Shown in pieces: positions 11,029-21,570 of a stretch of DNA of 64,000 nucleotides. Each line of letters starts with the position of its first letter. The stretch's first letter is position 1. A program made the position numbers and the translations under genes. The stretch covers positions 9,533 to 73,532 of the forward strand of contig CBDAFS010000011.1 of NCBI GenBank assembly GCA_965195285.1. Direction: 5' to 3'. Source of the stretch: an uncultured Aminicenantes bacterium. GTDB taxonomy: Bacteria > Acidobacteriota > Aminicenantia > UBA2199. Below the pieces are notes generated by a model. That model searched no databases. It was not told where the DNA came from and was given only the letters and a program-made list of their open reading frames with translations.

Positions 11029-11888
11029 TGATGTCAGCGTCGGGTGATTCATTTGGCTCTTTCGAGGCCGGTTTGTTGAAGAGGATTGTTCAGCTGGCTC
11101 TGGCTGAGGACAAAGTCGGGGAAGATGTAACCACCGGTTCCATGCTGGAATTTGACCGCCAGGTTGGGGCCGATGTGCTGGCCAAACAGCCGGGAATCAT
11201 ATCCGGAATGGCTGCTTTCAAAGAGACCTTTCAGCAGGTTGATCCCGAAGTCATCATCCTGATATTAAGAGAGGATGGGGCTGCAGTAAAGGCCGGAGAA
11301 GTGGTTGCCCAGGTCGAAGGCCGGGAAAGTTCAATTCTGAAAGCGGAAAGAACGGCCCTGAATTTTTTACAGAGGCTCAGTGGAATTTCCACTACCACCG
11401 CCCAATTTGTTGAAAAGATTAAATCCAGCCACACCTCAATCCTGGATACCCGAAAGACCACCCCTGGAATGCGCTACCTTGAAAAAAAAGCAGTCCGGGA
11501 TGGCGGGGGTTTGAACCATCGGATGAATCTGGAAGCCATGGCCCTGGTTAAAGACAATCATATCAAAATGGCCGGCAGTATTTCCCGGGCAGTGAGAAGT
11601 ATCCGGACAAAATTTCCCCAAAAGAAAATAGAGGTGGAAGTCAAAGATCTGTCGGAATTCAAGGAAGCTATGGATTTGAAAATCGATTGTGTCATGCTGG
11701 ATAATTTCAGTAATGATATGATCAGGAAAGCTGTGGAACTCAATGATAACAAAATCAAACTGGAGGTTTCGGGAAATGTGACCCTGGATAGTGTTGAAGA
11801 GAAGGTCCAAACCGGTATTGATTTTATATCGGTCGGAGCCCTGACCCATTCCTTCAAGTCTCTGGACCTCAGTTTGGAAATTAGGTGA
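11028..11888 (+). CDS. nadC: Nicotinate-nucleotide diphosphorylase (carboxylating)
   Basis: ERTALNFLQRLSGI, DTRKTTPG, HRMNL, KDNHI, EVEV, MLDNF, SVGALTHS. Confidence 0.97.
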   Translation: MMSASGDSFGSFEAGLLKRIVQLALAEDKVGEDVTTGSMLEFDRQVGADVLAKQPGIISGMAAFKETFQQVDPEVIILILREDGAAVKAGEVVAQVEGRESSILKAERTALNFLQRLSGISTTTAQFVEKIKSSHTSILDTRKTTPGMRYLEKKAVRDGGGLNHRMNLEAMALVKDNHIKMAGSISRAVRSIRTKFPQKKIEVEVKDLSEFKEAMDLKIDCVMLDNFSNDMIRKAVELNDNKIKLEVSGNVTLDSVEEKVQTGIDFISVGALTHSFKSLDLSLEIR

Positions 11889-11912
11889 AATTAAGGTAAA
11901 AGGGAATCAATC

Positions 11913-13490
11913 ATGAATGAACATCTTGAAACCGATGTGTTGATCATTGGCAGTGGAATTGCCGGCTCAAGCGCAGCCCTGATTCTGGCTGAAGCCGGTA
12001 TCGATACGATTTTAATCAGCAAAGGCAAGGATTTTTCCGAAACCAATACCCATTGGGCCCAGGGTGGCATTGCCTGTCTCGGCCAGAATGAAAAACCCCA
12101 GGATTTCATCAATGATATTTTAAAGAGCGGAGATTTTATCAATAATCCATCTGCGGTTGAACAGGTGGTCAGGGAATCCCGCTCCCTGGTTAATGAAATC
12201 CTGATCCGGAAATTGGAGATTCCCTTCTCCACCAATAACGGAACTTATGATCTGGCTTTTGAGGGCGCCCATTCCAAAAGGAGAATACTAAACATCAAGG
12301 ATATGAGTGGCAAGATCATTCAGGAATATTTTTACGCTTATTTGAAAAAAATGAAAAAATTGAAAATATTATTCCGACACACGGCCATTGACTTGCTGAC
12401 CTATCCCCATCATTCCCAGAATCCAGTCAGGGTTTATCAGGAGCCCAAGACCATCGGTGCTTATATACTGAACCAGAGCACCAAAAAAGTGATTCGGGTA
12501 TTTGCCAGAAAGGTGATACTGGCCACCGGGGGATTGAGCAGCATATTTCTGCATTCCACTAATCCGGCGGATTCATGCGGAAGCGGAGTGGCCATGGCTT
12601 ACAATGCCGGTACCAAGCTGGCCCACCTGGAATATATACAGTTTCATCCCACCTCATTGTTTCACAAGGATGTGGACCGATTTCTGATCTCTGAAACCGT
12701 CAGAGGGGAAGGGGCAAAGTTGATGAATCGAAAGGGTGAATACTTCATGAAAAAGTATTCTTCCCAAGGCGATCTGGCCACCCGGGATGAAGTGTCCAGA
12801 GCCATTTATGCGGAGATGATCAAAAATGACGATGATTATGTGATGCTGGACCTGGCTTCTTTTGCCAAAATCGATGTCAGGGAAAGATTCCCCACCATTT
12901 ATGAAACCTGTATGAAAGTGGGTATCGACATTCAGGAAAATCCCATCCCGGTGGTTCCTGCCGCCCACTACAGCTGCGGTGGGATACTGGTTGGCCTGGA
13001 CGGAAGAACCTCGCTCAAAAACCTCTATGCCATTGGAGAGGTTGCCAATGCCGGCGTACACGGTGCAAACCGCCTGGCCTCGGTTTCCCTGCTGGAAGGA
13101 TTGGTATGGGGAGTCAAATCAGCTGATGCTATTGCCAAATGCCTGGATGATGAAAAGGAGCCGTACATAATTTCCGAGGTGCCGGAATGGAAATATCCCT
13201 CCCCCCAGGAAGAACTGGATCCGGCACTGGTCTGGCAGGACCGGGTGACCATCAAATATATCATGTGGAATTACAGCGGGATTATCCGGACTCGGAAACG
13301 AATGGAACGGGCCAAATCCGATCTTCGGTATCTGCGCCATCGAATCATTAAGTTTTATCAGAAAACCGAAATGACCAACAGCATCATTGATTTAAGGGAT
13401 AGTGTCCAGACCGCCTTGCTGGTGGTGCAGGCCGCTCTGACAAATAAGGTATCCAGAGGCGCTCATTTTGTAAAAAGCACTCTGGATTAA
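11913..13490 (+). CDS. nadB: L-aspartate oxidase
   Basis: GSGIAG FAD motif, WAQGGIA, EGAHS, QFHPT, LISETVRGEG, AHYSCGG, HGANRLASVSLLEG, SRGAHF; adjacent to nadC. Confidence 0.95.
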   Translation: MNEHLETDVLIIGSGIAGSSAALILAEAGIDTILISKGKDFSETNTHWAQGGIACLGQNEKPQDFINDILKSGDFINNPSAVEQVVRESRSLVNEILIRKLEIPFSTNNGTYDLAFEGAHSKRRILNIKDMSGKIIQEYFYAYLKKMKKLKILFRHTAIDLLTYPHHSQNPVRVYQEPKTIGAYILNQSTKKVIRVFARKVILATGGLSSIFLHSTNPADSCGSGVAMAYNAGTKLAHLEYIQFHPTSLFHKDVDRFLISETVRGEGAKLMNRKGEYFMKKYSSQGDLATRDEVSRAIYAEMIKNDDDYVMLDLASFAKIDVRERFPTIYETCMKVGIDIQENPIPVVPAAHYSCGGILVGLDGRTSLKNLYAIGEVANAGVHGANRLASVSLLEGLVWGVKSADAIAKCLDDEKEPYIISEVPEWKYPSPQEELDPALVWQDRVTIKYIMWNYSGIIRTRKRMERAKSDLRYLRHRIIKFYQKTEMTNSIIDLRDSVQTALLVVQAALTNKVSRGAHFVKSTLD

Positions 13491-13601
13491 GGGAACGGCC
13501 ATAGGGACGGACCCATGAGGCCGGGGATTGAGGAGATGGAAAACTCAATTAATTTGACAATAACAGACTCAGATTAAATTGATAAAGTTTTTATCATATA
13601 G

Positions 13602-13629
13602 TTGACAAATGAAAAATACATGTTATAAT
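13602..13629 (+). promoter_or_regulatory. Consensus sigma70 promoter of groESL with extended -10
   Basis: TTGACA-N16-TATAAT, with TGn directly before the -10. Confidence 0.75.
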
Positions 13630-13702
13630 ATTTTAAAAGAGAAAGAATCTAAGTTGAGTAGGAAGAATTTTTTAAACAAATATAGCAATTAAGGAGGCTA
13701 AC

Positions 13703-13969
13703 ATGAAAGTTCAACCTTTGGATGAAAGGGTATTGGTAAAACCCATTGAACCGGAAGAGAAAGTCGGTTCCATCATCATTCCGGATACGGCCAAGGAAAA
13801 ACCCATGACCGGTGAAGTGATTGCTGTGGGAACGGATGAAGAAATTAAAAAGATACTCAAAGCCGGTGATAAGGTCATATTCGGAAAATATGCCGGTGAA
13901 GAGATCAAAATCGATGACCAAAAACATCTCATCGTTACCAGAGCCGATATTCTGGCAAAGTTTAAATAG
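13703..13969 (+). CDS. groES: Co-chaperonin GroES
   Basis: [35 protein letters not shown]; AGGAGG RBS. Confidence 0.98.
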   Translation: MKVQPLDERVLVKPIEPEEKVGSIIIPDTAKEKPMTGEVIAVGTDEEIKKILKAGDKVIFGKYAGEEIKIDDQKHLIVTRADILAKFK

Positions 13970-13979
13970 GAAAAATTAA

Positions 13980-15611
<1,632 letters not shown>

Positions 15612-15634
15612 AAATAATTTTAATACCAAAATAC

Positions 15635-15670
15635 AAAGGGCAGCCTGGTTTCAGGCTGCCCTTTTTTTTT
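15635..15670 (+). terminator. Rho-independent terminator of groESL (possibly bidirectional)
   Basis: AAAGGGCAGCCTG-gttt-CAGGCTGCCCTTT hairpin followed by a T-run. Confidence 0.93.
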
Positions 15671-15740
15671 GGCTATTGTGTTCCAAAAGGATTTCTATTT
15701 AATAGGGAGCAAAGTCGAATGTTAGGGGGCAAATAATTTA

Positions 15741-16649
15741 TTAATATATGACCTTGAGTTTATTTGATAAAATTTCAGCCTCAATTTTGTGACCTTTAGT
15801 ACATAAAAGTTCACCGTCATAATGCGCGATCAGGTCATCTTCTGAGGTGATGGTAACCTTCTTGGCTCGAAGCATTGTTGTGGCTTCATGGTTGACATGG
15901 GTGCCGTTCATGAAAGAAGGAATGAGTCTTAACATCTGCAATTTACTAATATTGCGAACCACGCATATGTCGAAGTAACCGTCATCGAGTTGCGCATCGG
16001 GTGCCATGTAAAATCCGCCCCCTTCTCGACTTCCATTTGCCACTGTTATCTGTAGGGTCGACAATTCTATTTTTTTACCATCGTATTCAAGAGTGACATT
16101 TGTCGATTTGTTGGACAGAAAAACCGTTTTTAAAACAACGGGAAAATACAGTGCCATACCTCGCAACCATCTGAATTTTTGGGCTTCTACGGTCACAACC
16201 GCATCGAACCCGATACCCAGTTGGTTATCAAAATAACGCCTTTCCCCACCTGGTATTGTAATCACTCCCAGGTCTACAATTCGGGTCTGACTTTTTGCCA
16301 GGAGGTGACATGCCTCGTCCAGGTTTTTGGGGATACCCACATTGCCCATGAAATCACTGGCAGAGCCAGTCGGAAGGAGGCCCAGAGTGCCGGCAATTTT
16401 GCCATTCGAAGCGGCCATTAATCCGTTGACAACTTCATTGGTTGTCCCGTCTCCCCCGGCTGCAACGATCAGATCAAAACCGTCTTTTACGGCCTGCTCA
16501 GCCAATTCGATTCCATGCCCTCGTTTTTGGGTACGAACCAGGTCAAAATTCAGTCCGGCTTTTTTAAGATACTGTCTTATTTTCGGTTCAGCCCTGCCGC
16601 TGTACCCTTTTCCCGCAACCGGGTTCAAAATCACTTTAATTTTTTTCAT
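15741..16649 (-). CDS. Diacylglycerol kinase family (YegS/DgkB-like) lipid kinase
   Basis: NPVAGKG, AAGGDGTTNEVVNG, LPTGSASDF, GIGFDA, DDGYFD, DGE. Confidence 0.92.
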   Translation of the reverse strand: MKKIKVILNPVAGKGYSGRAEPKIRQYLKKAGLNFDLVRTQKRGHGIELAEQAVKDGFDLIVAAGGDGTTNEVVNGLMAASNGKIAGTLGLLPTGSASDFMGNVGIPKNLDEACHLLAKSQTRIVDLGVITIPGGERRYFDNQLGIGFDAVVTVEAQKFRWLRGMALYFPVVLKTVFLSNKSTNVTLEYDGKKIELSTLQITVANGSREGGGFYMAPDAQLDDGYFDICVVRNISKLQMLRLIPSFMNGTHVNHEATTMLRAKKVTITSEDDLIAHYDGELLCTKGHKIEAEILSNKLKVIY

Positions 16650-16836
16650 AACCCTTCCTTATACGTTTGCCGTTGATAACAAAAGAATCTTTTTAATCCA
16701 TCTGAAACCAAAAGTCAAGCCTGAAACCATTTTAAAAAACCAAAACCATCCCCTCCTACAGATATTGGCTTTTCTGGAACAAAAAGGGTATTATAAAAAA
16801 CGATGTTTAGGGTTTTTTAATTGTTAAAGGAGGTTA

Positions 16837-18477
16837 ATGAAAATGGTTGACCGGAACATTAAAAGAAGAGATTTTTTAAAGACCTTGTTGGCAGGAATGC
16901 CGATGCTCGGCTTGGATTGGGCCTCGTTTCCCACCGGAAAGAGCGGAGGAAAAGATAAGGCAACATTTGATGCTGTGATTATAGGGTCTGGCCTTGGGGG
17001 GTTGAGTTGTGCTGCAGCCTTTGCACGGCAGGGATTCAAACCTTTGGTATTGGAGCAGCATTATATACCTGGCGGATATGCCACAACCTTCAAGAGACCA
17101 GGCGGATTTGTTTTTGATGTTTCCCTTCATTCCACTACAGTCGGTGAGAGAAATGGAGTTGCAAACCTTATTCCCGGTTTTCCTGAGATAAAGGACGTCG
17201 AGTTTGTACCCCATCCCCATCTATACCGTACCATTTTTCCGGATTACGATTTCCGGGTACCCCAAAAAAATCTGAAAAAATACATCGATAAACTTGTCGG
17301 TTATTTCCCTTACGAAAAGCCGGGTATCGAAGGAATTTTTGAGGATATGAAAGGGTTGACCGGAGACATAAATAAGTATTCGCGGGCAGGGGACAAGGTT
17401 GATATGAACAGCTTTCCACAGGATTTTCCTTATCTATTCAAAAGTGTTAACAAAACCTGGGGGGCTCTTGTGGATACCCGGATTAAGGATCCCAAGTTGA
17501 AAGCTATCATCTCGTCGCTTTGGGGATACTATGGCCTTCCCCCATCCAAACTCGCCAGCTTTTATTATGCATTGCCCACTATAGGCTATCTTTCAAATGG
17601 AGGATTTTACCCCAAAGGCAGATCCCAGAAAATCAGTAATGCCTTTGTAAAGTTCATCGAAAGCAAGGGTGGTAAAGTCAAGCTGAAATCAAAAGTGGTG
17701 AAGATCTTGGTAAAAGATCATGTGGCCTACGGAGTTAAGACTGCTGATGGGAAAGAGTATAAAGCAAAAGTCGTGGTTTCAAACGCCAATGCTTTTGATA
17801 CTTTTTTAAAGATGATGGATGAGAGGGATTTTTTGAAGAGTTATCTGGCCAAGTTCGAAAATTACAGTGTGAGTCTATCGTGTTTTCAGGTTTTTTTAGG
17901 GCTGAAAAAGGACTTGGTCAGAAAAGTGGGTATTGAGGACAGCGAATTGTTTTATTCTCCGGGCTATGATGATGATGCCGCTTATAAAGCCTTTCTCGAT
18001 GCCAATATAGAAAATTCAGGCTATGGATTGATGCTGTATGATAATGTTTATAAAGGTTATTCTCCAAAAGGGAAGAATACCGTCAATATTCTCGCACTTC
18101 AGGGCTTCAAACATTGGGAGAAGTATGAGGCCGATTACTTGAAAGGAAACAAAAAAGAGTATCGGAAGGAGAAAGAGAGAATGGCTGAAATATTGATCAA
18201 AAAGGTAGAGGAAACGGTTCTTCCCGGATTGTCTGATGCTATAGCGGTGAAGGAGATAGGAACACCGTTGACCAACTGGCGTTACACCCGGAATTACCGG
18301 GGAGCCATATACGGATGGGATCAGACCATGAATAACACCGGTCCGAATCGTGTGCCACACACCACTCCGATTAAAAACCTTTATCTTGCCGGCGCCTGGA
18401 CCCGTCCGGGTCATGGATATGGTGCTGTTATTCCGAGTGGCCTGGAGTGTTTTGCAGAGATCATGAAGAAATGGTAG
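16837..18477 (+). CDS. Tat-signal-bearing phytoene desaturase/retinol saturase-family FAD oxidoreductase
   Basis: KRRDFLK twin-arginine motif, IIGSGLGGL, LEQH--PGGY, YPKGRS, GTPLTN--YT----GAIYG, LYLAGAW--PGHGY. Confidence 0.85.
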   Translation: MKMVDRNIKRRDFLKTLLAGMPMLGLDWASFPTGKSGGKDKATFDAVIIGSGLGGLSCAAAFARQGFKPLVLEQHYIPGGYATTFKRPGGFVFDVSLHSTTVGERNGVANLIPGFPEIKDVEFVPHPHLYRTIFPDYDFRVPQKNLKKYIDKLVGYFPYEKPGIEGIFEDMKGLTGDINKYSRAGDKVDMNSFPQDFPYLFKSVNKTWGALVDTRIKDPKLKAIISSLWGYYGLPPSKLASFYYALPTIGYLSNGGFYPKGRSQKISNAFVKFIESKGGKVKLKSKVVKILVKDHVAYGVKTADGKEYKAKVVVSNANAFDTFLKMMDERDFLKSYLAKFENYSVSLSCFQVFLGLKKDLVRKVGIEDSELFYSPGYDDDAAYKAFLDANIENSGYGLMLYDNVYKGYSPKGKNTVNILALQGFKHWEKYEADYLKGNKKEYRKEKERMAEILIKKVEETVLPGLSDAIAVKEIGTPLTNWRYTRNYRGAIYGWDQTMNNTGPNRVPHTTPIKNLYLAGAWTRPGHGYGAVIPSGLECFAEIMKKW

Positions 18478-18637
18478 GTATCGATCGCAAAAAATAGCCC
18501 ATTGAATTTATTTAGAACGTTGAATACCCAGTATACAAAATCATATTTATAAAGCCGGCATTATCCCATCTCCTTTTGATTATAAACAGGCGAGAGTCCG
18601 GTATAAGGAAAAAGGGTGAAGAAGTCAATTCGATCCA

Positions 18638-18666
18638 TTGAAAATATATTCAATGACTGTTAAAAT
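18638..18666 (+). promoter_or_regulatory. Sigma70-type promoter for the sensor kinase/response regulator pair
   Basis: TTGAAA-N17-TAAAAT with TGn extension. Confidence 0.55.
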
Positions 18667-18685
18667 GGGAATCTGGTAATTTATT

Positions 18686-20560
18686 ATGGGTAATGTTATT
18701 GAAAAAAAGGGTTCAAAAAATTCATACGATTATATCCTTGATACCGTATCCAATCCCATAATCGAGGTAGATGAAAATCTAATTATAGCACTGGCAAACA
18801 GGGAAGCCCATAAGATTTGGCCGTCGCTGGTTGAAGGGAAGAGTTTTTCTTACGAGATATTATTTTCTATGGAAGAAAAACCTGAGGATTGTATTGTTGA
18901 GAATACCTTTAAATCAAAGAAACCCCAGTCTGCCGAGATAAACACAAAAAAAGGCGAGATTTTTGAAATAAAAACCAATTATGTCAAGAGGAAGGGCTCT
19001 ACAAGGGTAGTAGTCCACATACTTGACATCACAGAACGCATAAAGATAAAGGAGGAACTGCAGGAGAGTGAGGAGAAATACCGTACCTTAACCGAAAATA
19101 TCAATGTAGGAATATACAGAAGCATTCATGGGCCTGAGGGTGAATATATTGAAGTGAACCCTGCAATGTTCAAGATGTTTGGGTATAATAGTAGAGAGGA
19201 ATTCCTAAAAATACTTCCTGTTAATCTATACCAGGTTAAAAAGGATAGAGCTAGATTCAGTAAAAAATTGTTAAAACAGGGATTTGTAAGGAATGAAGAA
19301 TTAAATGTAAAAAAAGAAGACGGAACACAGATTATTTGTTCTACTACTGCCATAGCGGTTAGAGACCAGAATGGGGAGGTAAAATATATTGATGGTATTG
19401 TTGAAAATATCACCGAGCGGAAGCTAACAGAGCAGGCTTTGAAGGAAGCCCATGAGCAACTTGAAAAGCGGGTTGAAGAGCGAACAGCCGAACTTAAAGT
19501 TGCCAATCTGGAACTTCAACAGGAAATCCTCGAGCGCAAGAAAGCCGAAGAAGCGCTCCGTAAATCCGAAGCCAATTACCGCGGCCTTATTGAAAATATG
19601 CTGGAAGGAGTATATCAAACCAGGCCGGACGGCAAAATCATATCTTCCAATCCGGCACTTGTGCAAATGTTGGGATACGACTCAGAAGAGGAACTCTGTA
19701 TTGCTGCCAGCGCAGAGGATCTTTACATGGACTCTAAAGACAGAAAGGTTATGACAAGTAAAATAGAGGAGAAAGGTGAACTCAGAAATGTTGAGTTAAA
19801 TTTGAAGAAAAAGAATGGTCAAGGGATTACAGCGCTGGAGAATGCACGTGTGGTTCGAGACCAGCAGAGTAAGGTGATGTTTTATGAAGGAGTACTCACT
19901 GACATCAGTGAGCGCAAGCAGGCAGAGGAAAAGATCAAAGCTGCCCTTGAAGAAAAAGAAGTGCTTTTAAAGGAAATCCATCACAGGGTCAAAAATAACA
20001 TGCAGATGGTTTCAAGCTTACTTAAACTTCAAGAAATAAAAATGAAAGATTTAACAGTAAAAAAAGCCTTTAAGGAAAGTCAGAACCGTATCCGATCCAT
20101 GGCCATGATTCATGAAAAACTGTATCAGTCTGAAGATCTCACCAAGATTGATATTGGAAAATATATCGAAAGTCTTACTACTGATTTATTCTGGACATAT
20201 AATGTGAGGCCAGATACAATAAAATTGCGTATTAGAGTCAAAAATGTTTACTTTGATATAGATTTAGCAATTTCCTGCGGTTTGATCATCAATGAACTGA
20301 TTTCGAATTCACTAAAATATGCCTTTCCAGAAGGAAAAAAAGGTGAAATAATTATCGACTTCAGTTTGAAAAATGACAAATATCAATTAACGGTTGGCGA
20401 TAATGGAACTGGATTCCCGGAAGATCTGGATTTCCGGAAAGTAGAGTCATTGGGTTTGCAATTGGTAATGCTCTTGGGGAAGAAGATAAAAGGAACAATT
20501 GAGCTTAATAGAAGAAAGGGAACGGTCTTTAAAATAATATTTAAAGGCAATGGAGATTAA
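18686..20560 (+). CDS. Cytoplasmic multi-PAS sensor histidine kinase (HisKA_2/HWE superfamily)
   Basis: Three PAS/PAC-like units ending DITER, NITER and DISER; H-box EIHHRVKNNMQ, SMAMIHEKLY, NELISNSLKYAF, DNGTG, SLGLQLV. Confidence 0.92.
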   Translation: MGNVIEKKGSKNSYDYILDTVSNPIIEVDENLIIALANREAHKIWPSLVEGKSFSYEILFSMEEKPEDCIVENTFKSKKPQSAEINTKKGEIFEIKTNYVKRKGSTRVVVHILDITERIKIKEELQESEEKYRTLTENINVGIYRSIHGPEGEYIEVNPAMFKMFGYNSREEFLKILPVNLYQVKKDRARFSKKLLKQGFVRNEELNVKKEDGTQIICSTTAIAVRDQNGEVKYIDGIVENITERKLTEQALKEAHEQLEKRVEERTAELKVANLELQQEILERKKAEEALRKSEANYRGLIENMLEGVYQTRPDGKIISSNPALVQMLGYDSEEELCIAASAEDLYMDSKDRKVMTSKIEEKGELRNVELNLKKKNGQGITALENARVVRDQQSKVMFYEGVLTDISERKQAEEKIKAALEEKEVLLKEIHHRVKNNMQMVSSLLKLQEIKMKDLTVKKAFKESQNRIRSMAMIHEKLYQSEDLTKIDIGKYIESLTTDLFWTYNVRPDTIKLRIRVKNVYFDIDLAISCGLIINELISNSLKYAFPEGKKGEIIIDFSLKNDKYQLTVGDNGTGFPEDLDFRKVESLGLQLVMLLGKKIKGTIELNRRKGTVFKIIFKGNGD

Positions 20561-20577
20561 AAAGGAGAGTACTTTTT

Positions 20578-21252
20578 ATGAAAAAACAGACTATACTTAT
20601 TGTAGATGATGAAATAGTCGTTGTTCAATCAATCAAGGATCACATATTAGAAAAGGGCGACAGGTACATTATAAAAACATCTTTTAATGGAAAAGAAGCA
20701 CTCGATATTTTAAAAAAAGAAAAGATAAACCTCATGATTCTTGATTTAAATATGCCTGTTTTGGATGGTATTCAGTTATTAACAGAACTTTATAACAGAA
20801 ATATATGGTTGCCCGTAGTAATCCTTACAAAGGTGATAACTCTTATTTCAGATAATAAAGGGGACATATTAGGAGATTTTGGAATAGTTGATTATTTAGA
20901 AAAACCAATCAATTTCGATAAACTGGACAAAAGAATCGAAGAGATATTGAACCGTTTTGAAGTGATTAAAGAATCGGCTTCCCGTATCGATCTCCATAAG
21001 ATACTGCTAATCATTAAAATGGAAAGAAGAACAGGAGTTCTAACAATAAAATTCGGGGAAAAAAATGGGAAAATATTTTTCAAAGATGGGGCTGTTGTGG
21101 ATGCCGAGGTTGAGAGTCTTTCTTCAGATGAATCGCTGGAGGAGTGTCTAAAATCTGATAATGATGAGAAAAGAATAAGTATAGAGTATATTAACCATAG
21201 CAGAGAGAACAAAATAAATAGATCTTTGGAAGATATTTTACGTGATTCATAG
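20578..21252 (+). CDS. Response regulator with C-terminal DUF4388/PatA-like domain (C-terminus probably clipped)
   Basis: LIVDDE, LDLNMPVLDG, YLEKP receiver motifs; MERRTGVLTI--G-IFFKDG-VVDA matches the DUF4388 pattern. Confidence 0.8.
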   Translation: MKKQTILIVDDEIVVVQSIKDHILEKGDRYIIKTSFNGKEALDILKKEKINLMILDLNMPVLDGIQLLTELYNRNIWLPVVILTKVITLISDNKGDILGDFGIVDYLEKPINFDKLDKRIEEILNRFEVIKESASRIDLHKILLIIKMERRTGVLTIKFGEKNGKIFFKDGAVVDAEVESLSSDESLEECLKSDNDEKRISIEYINHSRENKINRSLEDILRDS

Positions 21253-21307
21253 TAATTGAGTGATGAGAAAGACAACTGCTCACATTTTCTGAAGGAGAAC
21301 TGAGAGG

Positions 21308-21326
21308 GGGGTCAGGTCTTTCATTT
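21308..21326. repeat. GGGGTCAGGTCTT-type REP-like arm
   Basis: GGGGTCAGGTCTTTCATTT lies immediately downstream of the stop of the minus-strand HTH remnant. Resembles, from recall, the arms that flank HTH-bearing RAYT/Y1 transposase genes. Confidence 0.45.
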
Positions 21327-21475
21327 TAGCGTTTCTCCTTTTTTTGATACTTTTTTATTATTCGACTGATAATTGTATAATGTAAATTCAAGTAATCTGC
21401 TATCTCTTTTTGGGAATAATTATTCCTATGATAAACAGAATAAATTATCTCATCTCTACTCTTTCCTGACCTCAT
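21326..21475 (-). pseudogene. C-terminal HTH remnant of a probable REP-associated tyrosine (Y1/RAYT) transposase; 49-aa ORF not in the supplied track
   Basis: Manual translation: MRSGKSRDEIIYSVYHRNNYSQKEIADYLNLHYTIISRIIKKYQKKEKR*. YSQKEIADYL-LHYT-ISRII is a clear HTH. No HUH catalytic domain upstream (in-frame stop 12 codons before the ATG). Confidence 0.55.
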
Positions 21476-21570
21476 TTCTTTTTGACAAAAAAGGTGACAC
21501 CCATTAGAAGGTTAGTGTCAAACAGGCAGACTAATTTTTTAAAATACCTGATATAAAAAGAAAACGGAAA

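Noticed and set aside
13491-13702. CIRCE element or sigma32 promoter upstream of groES
   Set aside because: No TTAGCACTC-N9-GAGTGCTAA and no CTTGAA/CCCCAT pair found; the promoter is sigma70 consensus.
21250-21255. Pyrrolysine or stop-codon read-through at TAG
   Set aside because: TAG is followed immediately by TAA, and other genes in the window use all three stop codons normally.
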